32,752 nucleotides of DNA, taken from the NCBI GenBank assembly GCA_964499395.1, contig CAZCKZ010000001.1:7345-40096 (forward strand), written 5' to 3'. This DNA comes from an uncultured Gallionella sp. GTDB lineage: Bacteria; Pseudomonadota; Gammaproteobacteria; Burkholderiales; Gallionellaceae. The position numbers and the translations under genes are program-made. This document shows, piece after piece, positions 16,858 through 27,166 of the stretch. A model generated the notes under the pieces. The model was given only the letters and a program-made list of their open reading frames with translations. It ran no database searches and was not told the origin of the DNA. How positions within the stretch are numbered: position 1 is the first letter of the stretch; each line of letters opens with the position of its first letter.

Positions 16858-18177
16858 TTAAATCTTCCGCACAAACACTTTGGATTTCCGCTGGTAGTTA
16901 TACAGCGACTTCTTCTGCGCGGGCAGCGCGGAAACGTCGCTCTCGACGAAACCGCGCTCGATGAACCAGTGCGCGGTGCGCGTGGTCAGCACGAACAGCT
17001 TTTTCATCTTCTGCATCCTGGCAACGGAGATCATGTGGTTGAGGATGGCCTCGCCGTAGCCGCGACCGCGGCTCTGCGATTCCACTGCGAGGGCGGCGAG
17101 TTCGGCGGCGGCTTCGTCCGGGAACGGATACAGCGCGGCGCAGCCGACGATGCGGTGGTCGTGTTCCAGTACCACGAAGCGGTCGACTTCCTGTTCCAGC
17201 AATTCACGGCTGCGCCTGACCAGAACGCCGCTCTCTTCCAGCGGACGCAGCAGTTCGAGGATGCCGCCGATATCCTCGATGGTGGCATCGCGCAAAGTAT
17301 TGAGCGTGCTTTCCACCACCATCGTGCCGATGCCTTCGTCGCTGAACAGTTCCTGCAGCACCGCGCCGTCGGTGTGGCGGCTGATCAGATGGGTGCGCGC
17401 GACGCCGGCCTCGCAGGCGCGTATCGCGCAGGGCAGGAACAGGTTGACGTCGTCGGTCAGCTTGCGTTTCGGCCTGAGTACGTCCTGGGCCTGGGCGACG
17501 GTAAGTTCCTTGAGCAGTTTGCCTTTCTTGTCATGCACGCCGTCGGCGTCCATCAGGAACATCAGCTTGTCGGCATCCAGCGCGATCGCGGTCGCGGTCG
17601 CGACGTCTTCCAGCGTGACATTGAACACTTCGCCGGTGGGCGAATAGCCAAGCGGCGAAAGCAGTACGACCTCGCCGAATTCCATGCGGTCTTTCAGCGC
17701 CGCGACATCCACCTTGCGCACGGCGCCGGTGTGCATCAGGTCGATGCCGTTGATCACGCCTATCGGTTGCGCGGTGATGAAATTTCCACCCGCGATACGG
17801 ATGTCGGCATTCGCCATCGGCGAATTCGGCAGTCCCATCGACAGCAGCGCCTCGATCTCGACACGCACCCGCCCGACCGCTTCCTTGACGCACTGCATGG
17901 TTTGCGCATCGGTCAGGCGGATGCCGTGATGATAGGTATCGCCGAGGTTGTTTTTTGCCAGGTGTTGCTCGATCTGCGGGCGTGCGCCGTGCACCAGCAC
18001 CAGCTTGATGCCGAGACTGGCGAGCAGATTGAAGTCGTGCGTCAGTTCGACAAACTTGCCGTCCGCAACCACTTCGCCGCCGAACGCGATCACGAAAGTG
18101 CGTCCGCGGAACGCGTTGATGTAGGGCGCGACGGAACGGAACCAGGCAACGAATTCGGCTGAGGTGGTGATCGGCAT
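16858..18177 (-). CDS. argA: Amino-acid N-acetyltransferase (N-acetylglutamate synthase)
   Basis: FVAWFRSVAPYINAFRGRTFV, VHGARPQI, kinase-like domain plus C-terminal GNAT (LTTRTAHWF, YNYQRKSKV). Confidence 0.97.
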   Translation of the reverse strand: MPITTSAEFVAWFRSVAPYINAFRGRTFVIAFGGEVVADGKFVELTHDFNLLASLGIKLVLVHGARPQIEQHLAKNNLGDTYHHGIRLTDAQTMQCVKEAVGRVRVEIEALLSMGLPNSPMANADIRIAGGNFITAQPIGVINGIDLMHTGAVRKVDVAALKDRMEFGEVVLLSPLGYSPTGEVFNVTLEDVATATAIALDADKLMFLMDADGVHDKKGKLLKELTVAQAQDVLRPKRKLTDDVNLFLPCAIRACEAGVARTHLISRHTDGAVLQELFSDEGIGTMVVESTLNTLRDATIEDIGGILELLRPLEESGVLVRRSRELLEQEVDRFVVLEHDHRIVGCAALYPFPDEAAAELAALAVESQSRGRGYGEAILNHMISVARMQKMKKLFVLTTRTAHWFIERGFVESDVSALPAQKKSLYNYQRKSKVFVRKI

Positions 18178-18214
18178 ATGAATATCCCTATTGATTGGTG
18201 CGCATCATGCCGCG

Positions 18215-18400
18215 CTATGATTCATCCAGCAACTGTCCGGCGATCGCCCAATTTTCTTCGGGCAGTTCGTCGAAAGCGATGTAGGTATAGCTCTTTGGCT
18301 TCAGCGCAATGCGTTCCAGCGTGTCGGTGATCTCTGCGGCGATCTGTTTCTTCTGTTCGCGGGTCAGCGTTCCCGCGATGCGGATATTGACGTAAGGCAT
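18215..18400 (-). CDS. 4-oxalocrotonate tautomerase family protein
   Basis: 61 aa, catalytic Pro-1 after Met, EQKKQI and ENWAIAG motifs; GGAG RBS. Confidence 0.88.
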   Translation of the reverse strand: MPYVNIRIAGTLTREQKKQIAAEITDTLERIALKPKSYTYIAFDELPEENWAIAGQLLDES

Positions 18401-18500
18401 ATGCAGCTCCGGTTAGAATAGTTGCGAACTATGTAAAGTATATAGACATTCCCGCCTGTTGCCATTATAAGCGCGGGCGCCATACCCATTTTTTTGCGAG

Positions 18501-21500
18501 ATGTTCTTGATCGTTAAACCCGAATTGTCAGCGAGTGCCCTGCGCCGCAAAGCGCGGCTCGATTCCCTTGCAGCGATAGAATTCCCCGCCGATCTGCCGG
18601 TGGTGCAGAAGCGCGAGGATCTGGCGCGCGCCATTGCCGACAACCAGGTGGTGATCGTGTGCGGCGAAACCGGCTCGGGGAAGACCACCCAGTTGCCCAA
18701 GATATGCCTGATGCTGGGGCGCGGGGTGCTGGGCTGCATCGGCCACACCCAGCCGCGGCGCGTGGCGGCGCGCACTGTGGCGTCGCGCATCGCGTTCGAA
18801 TTGAAAACCGAACTGGGCGGGGCGGTGGGTTACAAGGTGCGCTTTCACGACAAAGTCGCGCCGGACACCAGCGTCAAACTGATGACCGACGGTATCCTGC
18901 TGGCAGAGATACACAGTGATCCGCTGCTGCGGAATTACGACACGCTGATCATCGACGAGGCGCACGAGCGCAGCCTGAACATCGATTTCCTGCTCGGTTA
19001 CCTGAAGCAATTATTGCCGCGCCGCCCCGACCTCAAGCTCGTCATCACTTCCGCGACGCTGGATGCGGATCGTTTTGCGAAACATTTCGGCGCGCGGGTG
19101 ATCGAGGTATCCGGCCGCAGTTATCCGGTCGAGATCCGTTACCGTCCGTTGCAGATAAGCGAGGAAGGCGAGGCGCAGGATGTTCCACAGGCGGTGAGTT
19201 CCGCACTTGATGAATTGGCCGCAGGCGGGCTGCGCGGCGATGTGCTGGTATTCCTGCCCGGCGAGCGCGAGATACGCGACACGGCGGAAGCGCTGCGCAA
19301 ACATCATCCAAAAGGCATAGAAGTATTGCCGCTGTTTTCGCGATTGTCGGCGGCAGAGCAGGACCGTGTGTTCAAGACCGGCGGGCAGAGGCGCGTGGTG
19401 CTGGCGACCAACGTCGCGGAAACCTCGCTGACCGTGCCCAATATCGGCTACGTGATCGACTGCGGCCTGGCGCGGGTGAACCGCTACAGCATCCGGCAGA
19501 AGGTCGAGCAGCTGCACATCGAAAAGATCGCGCGCGCCGCTGCGAACCAGCGCGCCGGGCGCTGCGGCCGGGTGATGAGCGGCGTGTGTGTGCGTTTGTA
19601 CGACGAAGCGGATTTCCTGCAGCGCGTGGAGTTCACCGACCCGGAGATCTTTCGTGTGTCACTGGCCACCGTGATCCTGCGCATGAGCGCGCTCGAGCTG
19701 GGGGACATCGCGGAATTCCCGTTCATCGAGCCGCCCACCCCGCGCATGATCGCGGACGGCTATCAGTTGCTTGCCGAACTCGGCGCGATAGACGAGACGC
19801 GGCAGCTTACCAAACTGGGCCATGACCTTGCCAGGCTGCCGCTGGACCCGAAGATCGCGCGCCTGCTGCTGGCGGGACGGCAATACCACTGCCTGACCGA
19901 AATCCTGGTTATCGCCAGCGCGCTGTCGGTGCAGGACCCGCGCGAACGGCCGCTGGACAGGCAGGAGGCCGCGGATGCGGCGCACAAGCGGTTTGCCGAC
20001 GAACGCTCCGATTTTCTCGCCTACCTGAAAGTCTGGGCGTGGTACGAGCAGGCGTTGGCGGAAAAGAAATCCAATCGCCTGATGGCGGAAGAATGCCGCA
20101 GGAATTTCCTGTCGCCGCTGCGCCTGCGCGAGTGGCGCGAGCTGCGCCAGCAGTTGCACGCGCAGGTCGCCGAGATGGGCATGCGCGGCAATGAAAAGCC
20201 GGCGACTTATGAACAGATCCACAAAGCCCTGCTGTGCGGACTGCTCGGCAACATCGGCATGAAGAGCGTGGAGAGCAACGAATATCTGGGTGCGCGCAGC
20301 ATCAAGTTTTTCATCGCGCCGAATTCGGTGCTGGCGAAGAAGGGAACCAAATGGGTGATGGCGGGCGAGCTGGTCGAGACCCACCGTTTGTATGCGCGCA
20401 TCGTGGCGCGCATCGACCCCGAATGGCTGGAAGAGGTGGGCAGCCACCTGATCAAGCGGCATTATTACGATCCGCACTGGGAGAAGAAAGCCGCGCAAGT
20501 GGTGGCTTACGAGCGCAGCACGCTGCATGGCCTGCTGCTCAACGCCAGGAAGCGCGTGCATTACGGGCCGATGAATGTGGCCGAGTCGCGCGAGGTGTTC
20601 ATACGCCAGGCGCTGGTCGGCGGCGAGTTCGAAACGCGCGCGCCGTTCTTCGCGCACAACCGCAAGCTGATCGCAGATATCGAAGCGCTGGAGCACAAGG
20701 CGCGCCGCCCCGATGTACTGGTGGACGACGAATTGATCTTCGCGTTCTACGACAGCCGCATTCCGGATGATATACACAACGGCGCCGCATTCGAACATTG
20801 GCGCAAGGAAGCGGAGCGCAGCGATGTAAAACTGCTGTATCTGAAAAAGGACGATTTGATGCGCCACGAAGCGGCGGGCATCACGACCGACCAGTTTCCG
20901 CCGAATCTGAAAATCGACAACATCAGTTTTGCGCTGGGCTACAACTTCTCACCCGGCAGGAACGATGACGGCATCACGCTGACGGTACCGCTCGCGCTGA
21001 TCAACCAGGTGGTCGCGGCGCGCTGCGAATGGCTGATCCCGGGAATATTGGCGGAGAAGATCACGCAGTTGGTCAAGACGCTGCCGCAGAAACTGCGCCG
21101 CCATCTGGTGCCCGTGCCGGAATTCGCCGCAACATTCTGCCGTGAAGTGCCCGCATCGAACACGCCGTTACTACAGGCGCTGGTGCGCTACATTCGCGAG
21201 CAAAAGCAGATCGATGTGCCGCCGGATGCGTTCCGGCCCGAACAATTGCCGCCGCATCTGTTGATGAATTTCCGCATCGTGGACGAACATGGCCGGCAAC
21301 TCGGCATGTCGCGCAACTTTGTGCAACTTTACGCCGAGTTCGCGCCGCGCACTGTGCCCGCCATCGTCGCGGCGACCGAGGAAAAAGGCGAGTCCGTTTC
21401 GGAGCAGCGTTACACATCGTGGCGTTTCGGTGATTTTGCCGAGACCCGTGTCGTGAAGCGCGCCGGACAGAACGTCACGCTGTTCAATGCGCTGGTGGAT

Positions 21501-22250
21501 GAAGGCGATGCGGTGACGCTGCGCGCCTTCGATACCCGCGATGCCGCCCGGGCCGCGCATCGGGGAGGATTGCGCCGCCTGTTCATGCTGTTGCTGAAGG
21601 AGCAGGTGAAATATCTGGAAAAGAGCCTGCCCGATGCGCAACGGCTGGGCATGCTGTTCATGCCGTTCGGCACGCAGCAGGAATTGCAGCAACAGATACT
21701 CGCGATGACCTTCGACCGCTGTTGCCTGAACGATCCGCTACCGGCGAACGAGGAACAATTCGTCGCGCGCGGCAAGGAGGCGAAGAGCAGGCTGTTGCTG
21801 ATCGCGCAGGAGCTCGCGCGTCTGGTCGGCAACGTGCTGACCGAGTATCAGGCCGTGCAAAAGAGTCTGCCGCAGCTCAAGGCGCATGCGCAGGCGAACC
21901 AGGATGTGCGCGCACAGCTGGAATGGCTGCTGCACAAGCGTTTCATCGCCGATACGCCGTATGAACGCCTGCAGCATGTGCCGCGTTACCTGAAGGCGAT
22001 CAGCCTGCGCATCGAAAAGCTGCGCGGCAATCCGGTGCGGGACATGCAGTGCATGGCGCAGATGCAACCGCTGACACAGGCATGGCAAAAACTGCGCCAG
22101 GCGCAGCAGGGCAACAGCGATCCGCGCGTGGACGAGTTCGCGTGGATGTTGCAGGAATTGCGCGTGTCGCTGTATGCCCAGGAACTGAAAACGCCGGTGA
22201 TTGTCTCTGTGAAACGTCTGGAAAAAATGCTGGCGGGGATCAGAAGCTGA
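18501..22250 (+). CDS. hrpA: ATP-dependent RNA helicase HrpA (start approximate)
   Basis: GETGSGKTTQLPK, DEAH, SAT and QRAGRCGR motifs; long HrpA C-terminal extension (ELRVSLYAQEL). Confidence 0.96.
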   Translation: MFLIVKPELSASALRRKARLDSLAAIEFPADLPVVQKREDLARAIADNQVVIVCGETGSGKTTQLPKICLMLGRGVLGCIGHTQPRRVAARTVASRIAFELKTELGGAVGYKVRFHDKVAPDTSVKLMTDGILLAEIHSDPLLRNYDTLIIDEAHERSLNIDFLLGYLKQLLPRRPDLKLVITSATLDADRFAKHFGARVIEVSGRSYPVEIRYRPLQISEEGEAQDVPQAVSSALDELAAGGLRGDVLVFLPGEREIRDTAEALRKHHPKGIEVLPLFSRLSAAEQDRVFKTGGQRRVVLATNVAETSLTVPNIGYVIDCGLARVNRYSIRQKVEQLHIEKIARAAANQRAGRCGRVMSGVCVRLYDEADFLQRVEFTDPEIFRVSLATVILRMSALELGDIAEFPFIEPPTPRMIADGYQLLAELGAIDETRQLTKLGHDLARLPLDPKIARLLLAGRQYHCLTEILVIASALSVQDPRERPLDRQEAADAAHKRFADERSDFLAYLKVWAWYEQALAEKKSNRLMAEECRRNFLSPLRLREWRELRQQLHAQVAEMGMRGNEKPATYEQIHKALLCGLLGNIGMKSVESNEYLGARSIKFFIAPNSVLAKKGTKWVMAGELVETHRLYARIVARIDPEWLEEVGSHLIKRHYYDPHWEKKAAQVVAYERSTLHGLLLNARKRVHYGPMNVAESREVFIRQALVGGEFETRAPFFAHNRKLIADIEALEHKARRPDVLVDDELIFAFYDSRIPDDIHNGAAFEHWRKEAERSDVKLLYLKKDDLMRHEAAGITTDQFPPNLKIDNISFALGYNFSPGRNDDGITLTVPLALINQVVAARCEWLIPGILAEKITQLVKTLPQKLRRHLVPVPEFAATFCREVPASNTPLLQALVRYIREQKQIDVPPDAFRPEQLPPHLLMNFRIVDEHGRQLGMSRNFVQLYAEFAPRTVPAIVAATEEKGESVSEQRYTSWRFGDFAETRVVKRAGQNVTLFNALVDEGDAVTLRAFDTRDAARAAHRGGLRRLFMLLLKEQVKYLEKSLPDAQRLGMLFMPFGTQQELQQQILAMTFDRCCLNDPLPANEEQFVARGKEAKSRLLLIAQELARLVGNVLTEYQAVQKSLPQLKAHAQANQDVRAQLEWLLHKRFIADTPYERLQHVPRYLKAISLRIEKLRGNPVRDMQCMAQMQPLTQAWQKLRQAQQGNSDPRVDEFAWMLQELRVSLYAQELKTPVIVSVKRLEKMLAGIRS

Positions 22251-22379
22251 CCGATGCTACTGTAAGCGTATGCGCTGATGACCGGCACGACTGCCTGTCG
22301 CCTCGCATGAAATCCGGACGCAGGGGGGTCTTTGCTTCAGCCGCCTCAAACCACCCGCAACAATTTGCGCAGAGAAGGA

Positions 22380-23138
22380 ATGAATATGGGAAAGCAGGAA
22401 ATTCTAAGCAAGGTACCGGAAGTAACATTGATATTCTGGATCATAAAAATACTGGCGACCACGCTGGGCGAGACCGGCGGTGACGCCGTCACCATGTCGA
22501 TGCATCTCGGGTATCTCGTCGGCACCGCGATATTCGCAGCCATATTCATTGTCGCGGTCATGGTCCAGGTTGCCGCAAAGAAATTCCATACAGTCATCTA
22601 CTGGACAACGATTATCGCCACAACGACCGTCGGGACGACGCTGGCGGACTTCGCCGATCGTTCGCTTGGTGTCGGTTATGCCGGCGGAACGATAATACTG
22701 CTCACCCTGCTGGTGCTGTCCCTGTTCACCTGGTATCGCACGCTGGGTTCGGTCGCAGTGGATACCGTCAGTTCGCCGAAATCCGAAATATTCTATTGGG
22801 TAACCATCATGTTTTCCCAGACCCTGGGCACCGCGCTCGGCGACTGGACGGCGGATACCGCGGGTCTTGGCTACGAAGGCGGCGCGATCGTGTTCGGCAC
22901 GATGCTGGCACTTATTGCGGCGGCCTATTATCGGACCAGAATCTCGCACACCGTCCTGTTCTGGGCGGCGTTCATACTTACGCGCCCGCTGGGTGCGGTG
23001 GTCGGCGATTTCCTGGACAAGCCCTTCGGCAGCGGCGGTCTGGACCTGAGCCGCTACGCGGCCTCGGCGGCCCTGCTCCTGTTGATGGCGACATTTATCT
23101 TCATGTTTTCGCATAAACCGGCAACACGGGCGCATTGA
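22380..23138 (+). CDS. COG4705/DUF347-type integral membrane protein
   Basis: SKVPEVTLIFWIIKILATTLGETGGD; repeated TxGTxxxD-like units; TRPLGAVVGDFL; ATG at 22380 or 22386 after AGAAGGA. Confidence 0.8.
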   Translation: MNMGKQEILSKVPEVTLIFWIIKILATTLGETGGDAVTMSMHLGYLVGTAIFAAIFIVAVMVQVAAKKFHTVIYWTTIIATTTVGTTLADFADRSLGVGYAGGTIILLTLLVLSLFTWYRTLGSVAVDTVSSPKSEIFYWVTIMFSQTLGTALGDWTADTAGLGYEGGAIVFGTMLALIAAAYYRTRISHTVLFWAAFILTRPLGAVVGDFLDKPFGSGGLDLSRYAASAALLLLMATFIFMFSHKPATRAH

Positions 23139-23176
23139 GTTTCCGGATCAGGCGTCAGTGCTTTGAAGAAAGTGTC

Positions 23177-23253
23177 GCGGGCGCCGATCATGGGTTAATG
23201 CCCGGTTCCGTGCCGCCTGGCAGACTGCCGGACATGAACCTGCAGGCGCCCGC
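23177..23253. other. Long imperfect intergenic hairpin
   Basis: Nested pairs GCGGGCGCC/GGCGCCCGC, GGTT/AACC, ATG/CAT, CCGG/CCGG and TGCC/GGCA; no U tract. Confidence 0.55.
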
Positions 23254-23320
23254 AATCATGCAACCTGGCCGTAAAATTAGCTGGGTATAATCCGCACCAC
23301 TCAAACAGCCGAAAGCGTAA

Positions 23321-24568
23321 ATGTCCACGACCATACTGATCATCGGCCTGATGCTGTTCTTCGCGCACTTCCTGTCGCTGCAATTCAGCAAGACCAATAT
23401 TCCGGACGTGCTGGTGCTGATGCTGGTCGGTATCGTGATCGGCCCGCTGCTCGGCATCGTCACGCCGGACGATTTCGGCAAGATCGGTTCGCTGATCGCG
23501 ACCATTGCGCTGGTATTGATCCTGTTTGAAGGCGGCACGACGCTGAATCTGGACGTGCTGGGCAAATCGCTGGGTACGACCGGATTGCTTGCCATGGTCA
23601 GTTTTGTACTGACTGCCGCGATCGTCGCTGCGATCGGCTTTTATATGCTGCACCTGGAACTGCTGCCTGCCATATTGCTTGGCGTCACCCTGGGCAATAC
23701 CTCTTCAGCGGTCGTCATCCCGATGGTGAATTCGCTGAAAATGTCGGACAAACCCGGCACCGTGCTGGTGCTGGAATCGGCACTGACCGACGTGCTGAGT
23801 ATCGTTTGTGTATTCGCATTGCTGCAAATCCATACGGAAGGCGGCGTCGTGCCCGGCAGGCTGGTGGGTACCGTGCTCGCTTCGCTGATTTTCGCGGCGG
23901 TGATCGGCCTGCTGGGGGGTATTGGCTGGCTGATGGTACTCGGCAAGGTGCGCAATTTCCCCAACACCATTTCGTCGACGCTTGCCTATGTATTCATCGT
24001 CTATGGCCTGACAGAAATGCTCGGCTATTCGGGCGCGATTGCCGCGCTGGCGCTGGGCGTTTCGCTGACCAACTTCCAGAAATTCCACCTGTACCGCATT
24101 CCGTACATCGACAAGAGCATCGTGCCGCTGAACGAAATCGATCTGGCCTTTTACCGCGAAGCGGTGTTTCTGCTGAAAACATACTTCTTCGTCTATCTCG
24201 GCATTTCGATTCATTTCAGCGATGTGGCGCTGGCGGTTGCCGCAATTTCGATGGTATCGGTGGTGTACCTCATGCGCCTCGGACTGGCGCGCCTGATTTT
24301 CCGCAATCACGGCTACGGCCTGCGCGATACCGCCCTTAGCTCGATGATGGCACCGAAGGGATTGGCGTCTGCCGTTCTGGCCACCCTGCCGTTGCAATAC
24401 GGGGTTGCGGGCGGCGAAATGATCCGCGACACAACCTATATGGTGGTGCTGGTCAGCATCACGCTCACCGCCTTGCTGGTGATGGTCTATCCCAATCGGT
24501 TTGCGCAGCGCATTTACGCGCTGTCATTGAACAAGCCGTTATCCGAGCCCGGAGCAGCAGACTCCTAG
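23321..24568 (+). CDS. Cation:proton antiporter, CPA1/NhaP-like
   Basis: About 12-13 TM helices; ILFEGG, TSSAVVIP, LESALTD and PKGLASAVLA motifs. Confidence 0.88.
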   Translation: MSTTILIIGLMLFFAHFLSLQFSKTNIPDVLVLMLVGIVIGPLLGIVTPDDFGKIGSLIATIALVLILFEGGTTLNLDVLGKSLGTTGLLAMVSFVLTAAIVAAIGFYMLHLELLPAILLGVTLGNTSSAVVIPMVNSLKMSDKPGTVLVLESALTDVLSIVCVFALLQIHTEGGVVPGRLVGTVLASLIFAAVIGLLGGIGWLMVLGKVRNFPNTISSTLAYVFIVYGLTEMLGYSGAIAALALGVSLTNFQKFHLYRIPYIDKSIVPLNEIDLAFYREAVFLLKTYFFVYLGISIHFSDVALAVAAISMVSVVYLMRLGLARLIFRNHGYGLRDTALSSMMAPKGLASAVLATLPLQYGVAGGEMIRDTTYMVVLVSITLTALLVMVYPNRFAQRIYALSLNKPLSEPGAADS

Positions 24569-24637
24569 CAAAGCTTGGCAATTGCCTGCCTGCGGTATAA
24601 TCCGTGCAATTCAGCACGGTCATGAAAGAAGAAAATA

Positions 24638-26908
24638 ATGGATGAGCAATTGCGCGAAGCTGCGCTGCAATACCACCGCCAAGTTCCGGCGGGAAAGATC
24701 ACGGTTACCCCGAGCAAGCCGATGATCACCCAGCGCGACCTTGCGCTGGCCTACTCGCCGGGGGTGGCGGCGGCCTGCAAAGCCATCGTGGACAATCCGT
24801 CCGAAGCACGCAACATGACTTCGCGCGGCAATCTTGTCGCGGTGGTCACCAACGGCACCGCGGTGCTGGGCCTCGGCGCGATCGGTCCGCTTGCCGCCAA
24901 ACCGGTGATGGAAGGCAAGGCCATGCTGTTCAAGAAGTTCGCCGGTATCGACGTGTTCGATCTGGAAATTGAAGAGCGTGATCCTGACAAACTGGTGGAC
25001 ATCATCGCTGCGCTGGAACCGACCTTTGGCGGCATCAATCTGGAAGACATCAAGGCGCCGGAATGTTTCTACATCGAGCGCAAGCTGCGCGAGCGGATGA
25101 AGATACCGGTATTCCATGATGACCAGCACGGCACCGCGATTATCGTCGGCGCGGCGTTATTGAACGGTCTCAAGGTGGTCGGCAAGGACATCGCAAAAAT
25201 AAAACTGGTGGTGTCGGGCGCAGGTGCCGCTGCACTGGCCTGTCTGGACATGCTGGTCAGCCTAGGCGTGCGCATGGAGAACATCACCGTGACCGACATC
25301 AAGGGCGTGGTTTACCGGGGCCGCACCGAAGAAATGGACGACAACAAGGCGCGCTACGCAGTGCAGACCGCCGCGCGCACCCTGGCCGAAGTGATTGCGG
25401 GAGCGGATGTGTTTCTCGGCTTGTCCGCAGGCGGGGTATTGAAGCCGGAAATGGTAAAGCGAATGGGAGCGAGCCCGCTGATTTTCGCGCTGGCCAACCC
25501 TACCCCGGAGATTCTGCCGAGTGTTGCCAAGGCCGCACGTCACGATGCGATTCTGGCGACCGGACGTTCCGATTATCCGAATCAGGTCAATAACGCGTTG
25601 TGTTTTCCGTTTATTTTTCGCGGCGCGCTGGATGTGGGGGCATCGACGATCAATGAGGCGATGAAACACGCGGCGGTGTATGCGATCGCCGAGTTGGCGC
25701 AAGCCGAACAATCCGAGGATGCGGAAGAGGTGTACGGCGACGAAAATCTGAGTTTCGGCGCGGATCATCTGATACCCAAGCCTTTCGATCCGCGTCTGAT
25801 CACGCGTATCGCCCCCGCCGTGGCGCACGCCGCGATGGAAAGCGGGGTGGCGGAGCGGCCGATTGCCGATATGGCGGCGTATCGGGAACGGCTGGAGGGT
25901 TTTGTTTACCATTCCAACCTGCTGATGAAGCCGGTGTTCGAGGCTGCCAAGCGCGCCCCGCAGCGTCTGGTCTATGCGGAAGGCGAGGAATCCCGCGTGC
26001 TGCACGCGGTGCAGACCGTGGTCGACGAAGGCATGGCCCATCCGATACTGGTTGGCCGCCCGAAGGTGATCGAACAGCGCATCGCCAAGCTTGGCTTGCG
26101 CATCCGTGCCGGCGAACATTTCGAACTGGTCAATCCGGAGAGCGATTCGCGCTACCGTGAATACTGGAGCGAATATCATCACCTGATGCAGCGGCAAGGC
26201 GTCACGCCGGCTACAGCCAAGCGCGCGATGCGCCGCAGCAACACCCTGATTGCCGCGATGCTGGTTCGTATGGGTGCGGCGGATGCGATGTTGTGCGGGA
26301 CAGTATCGCAGCCGAACAGACATCTGCGCTATATCGATGAAGTGATCGGGCAGCGCCCCGGCGTGAACATATATGCGGCGATGAACATACTGATGTTGCC
26401 CAAGCATACCCTGTTCATCTGCGATACCCACGTCAATCTCGACCCGAGCGCCGAACAGGTAGCCGAAATGACCATTCTGGCCGCCGAGGAGATGCGCCGC
26501 TTCGGCCTGACGCCGAAAGTCGCGCTGTTGTCGCATTCGAACTTCGGCAGCCATTCGGACGCTTCGGCACGCAAGATGAGCCATGCAAGGGAGTTGCTTG
26601 AAAAACTTGCACCGGAACTGGAAGTCGAAGGCGAAATGCACGGTGATGCCGCGCTGTCGGAAAGTCTGCGCACAGCGGCTTTCCCGGACAACGGCTTGAA
26701 GGGCGCGGCGAATCTGCTCATCATGCCGAATCTGGATGCGGCCAATATCGCCTACAACCTGCTGAAAATGACCGGTGCCGACGGCATCACGATAGGTTCG
26801 ATTTTGCTGGGCGCAAACAAGTCGGTGCACATACTGACGACAACAGCCACGGTGCGCCGCATCGTGAACATGAGCGCTCTGGCAATCGCCGGCGTGAAGT
26901 TACACTAG
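24638..26908 (+). CDS. maeB: NADP-dependent malic enzyme with PTA-like domain
   Basis: [27 protein letters not shown] and [12 protein letters not shown] motifs; C-terminal phosphotransacetylase-like domain. Confidence 0.96.
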   Translation: MDEQLREAALQYHRQVPAGKITVTPSKPMITQRDLALAYSPGVAAACKAIVDNPSEARNMTSRGNLVAVVTNGTAVLGLGAIGPLAAKPVMEGKAMLFKKFAGIDVFDLEIEERDPDKLVDIIAALEPTFGGINLEDIKAPECFYIERKLRERMKIPVFHDDQHGTAIIVGAALLNGLKVVGKDIAKIKLVVSGAGAAALACLDMLVSLGVRMENITVTDIKGVVYRGRTEEMDDNKARYAVQTAARTLAEVIAGADVFLGLSAGGVLKPEMVKRMGASPLIFALANPTPEILPSVAKAARHDAILATGRSDYPNQVNNALCFPFIFRGALDVGASTINEAMKHAAVYAIAELAQAEQSEDAEEVYGDENLSFGADHLIPKPFDPRLITRIAPAVAHAAMESGVAERPIADMAAYRERLEGFVYHSNLLMKPVFEAAKRAPQRLVYAEGEESRVLHAVQTVVDEGMAHPILVGRPKVIEQRIAKLGLRIRAGEHFELVNPESDSRYREYWSEYHHLMQRQGVTPATAKRAMRRSNTLIAAMLVRMGAADAMLCGTVSQPNRHLRYIDEVIGQRPGVNIYAAMNILMLPKHTLFICDTHVNLDPSAEQVAEMTILAAEEMRRFGLTPKVALLSHSNFGSHSDASARKMSHARELLEKLAPELEVEGEMHGDAALSESLRTAAFPDNGLKGAANLLIMPNLDAANIAYNLLKMTGADGITIGSILLGANKSVHILTTTATVRRIVNMSALAIAGVKLH

Positions 26909-26916
26909 GGAGAATT

Positions 26917-27159
26917 ATGATGACAATGAACAAGCAGGAAGTCGCCATGCTGGGCGAAGAAGTCGAGATACTGATGCGGGAGCGCGCCAGACTGCTCAAG
27001 GTGGTGGGTGCGGCGGCGGTATTGGTGGCAAACACCGATCCGAAATCCTTGCGGGATGAGGCGATGGATGCCGCAGAAATGTTGTCGGAAACCCTGAATG
27101 CCTTGCCTGAAGAGACGCTGAGAGACGCGCTGGAATCGGTGCAGGCTGAAGTCGAATAG
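26917..27159 (+). CDS. Hypothetical helical acidic protein (80 aa)
   Basis: GGGAG RBS; tightly packed between maeB and the patatin gene. Confidence 0.75.
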   Translation: MMTMNKQEVAMLGEEVEILMRERARLLKVVGAAAVLVANTDPKSLRDEAMDAAEMLSETLNALPEETLRDALESVQAEVE

Positions 27160-27166
27160 CGAGCTT

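Noticed and set aside
22271-22322. CTGATGA...GAAA, resembling a hammerhead ribozyme core
   Set aside because: Stem II does not close next to the core and stems I and III with a cleavage triplet cannot be formed; only weak 4-bp pairings
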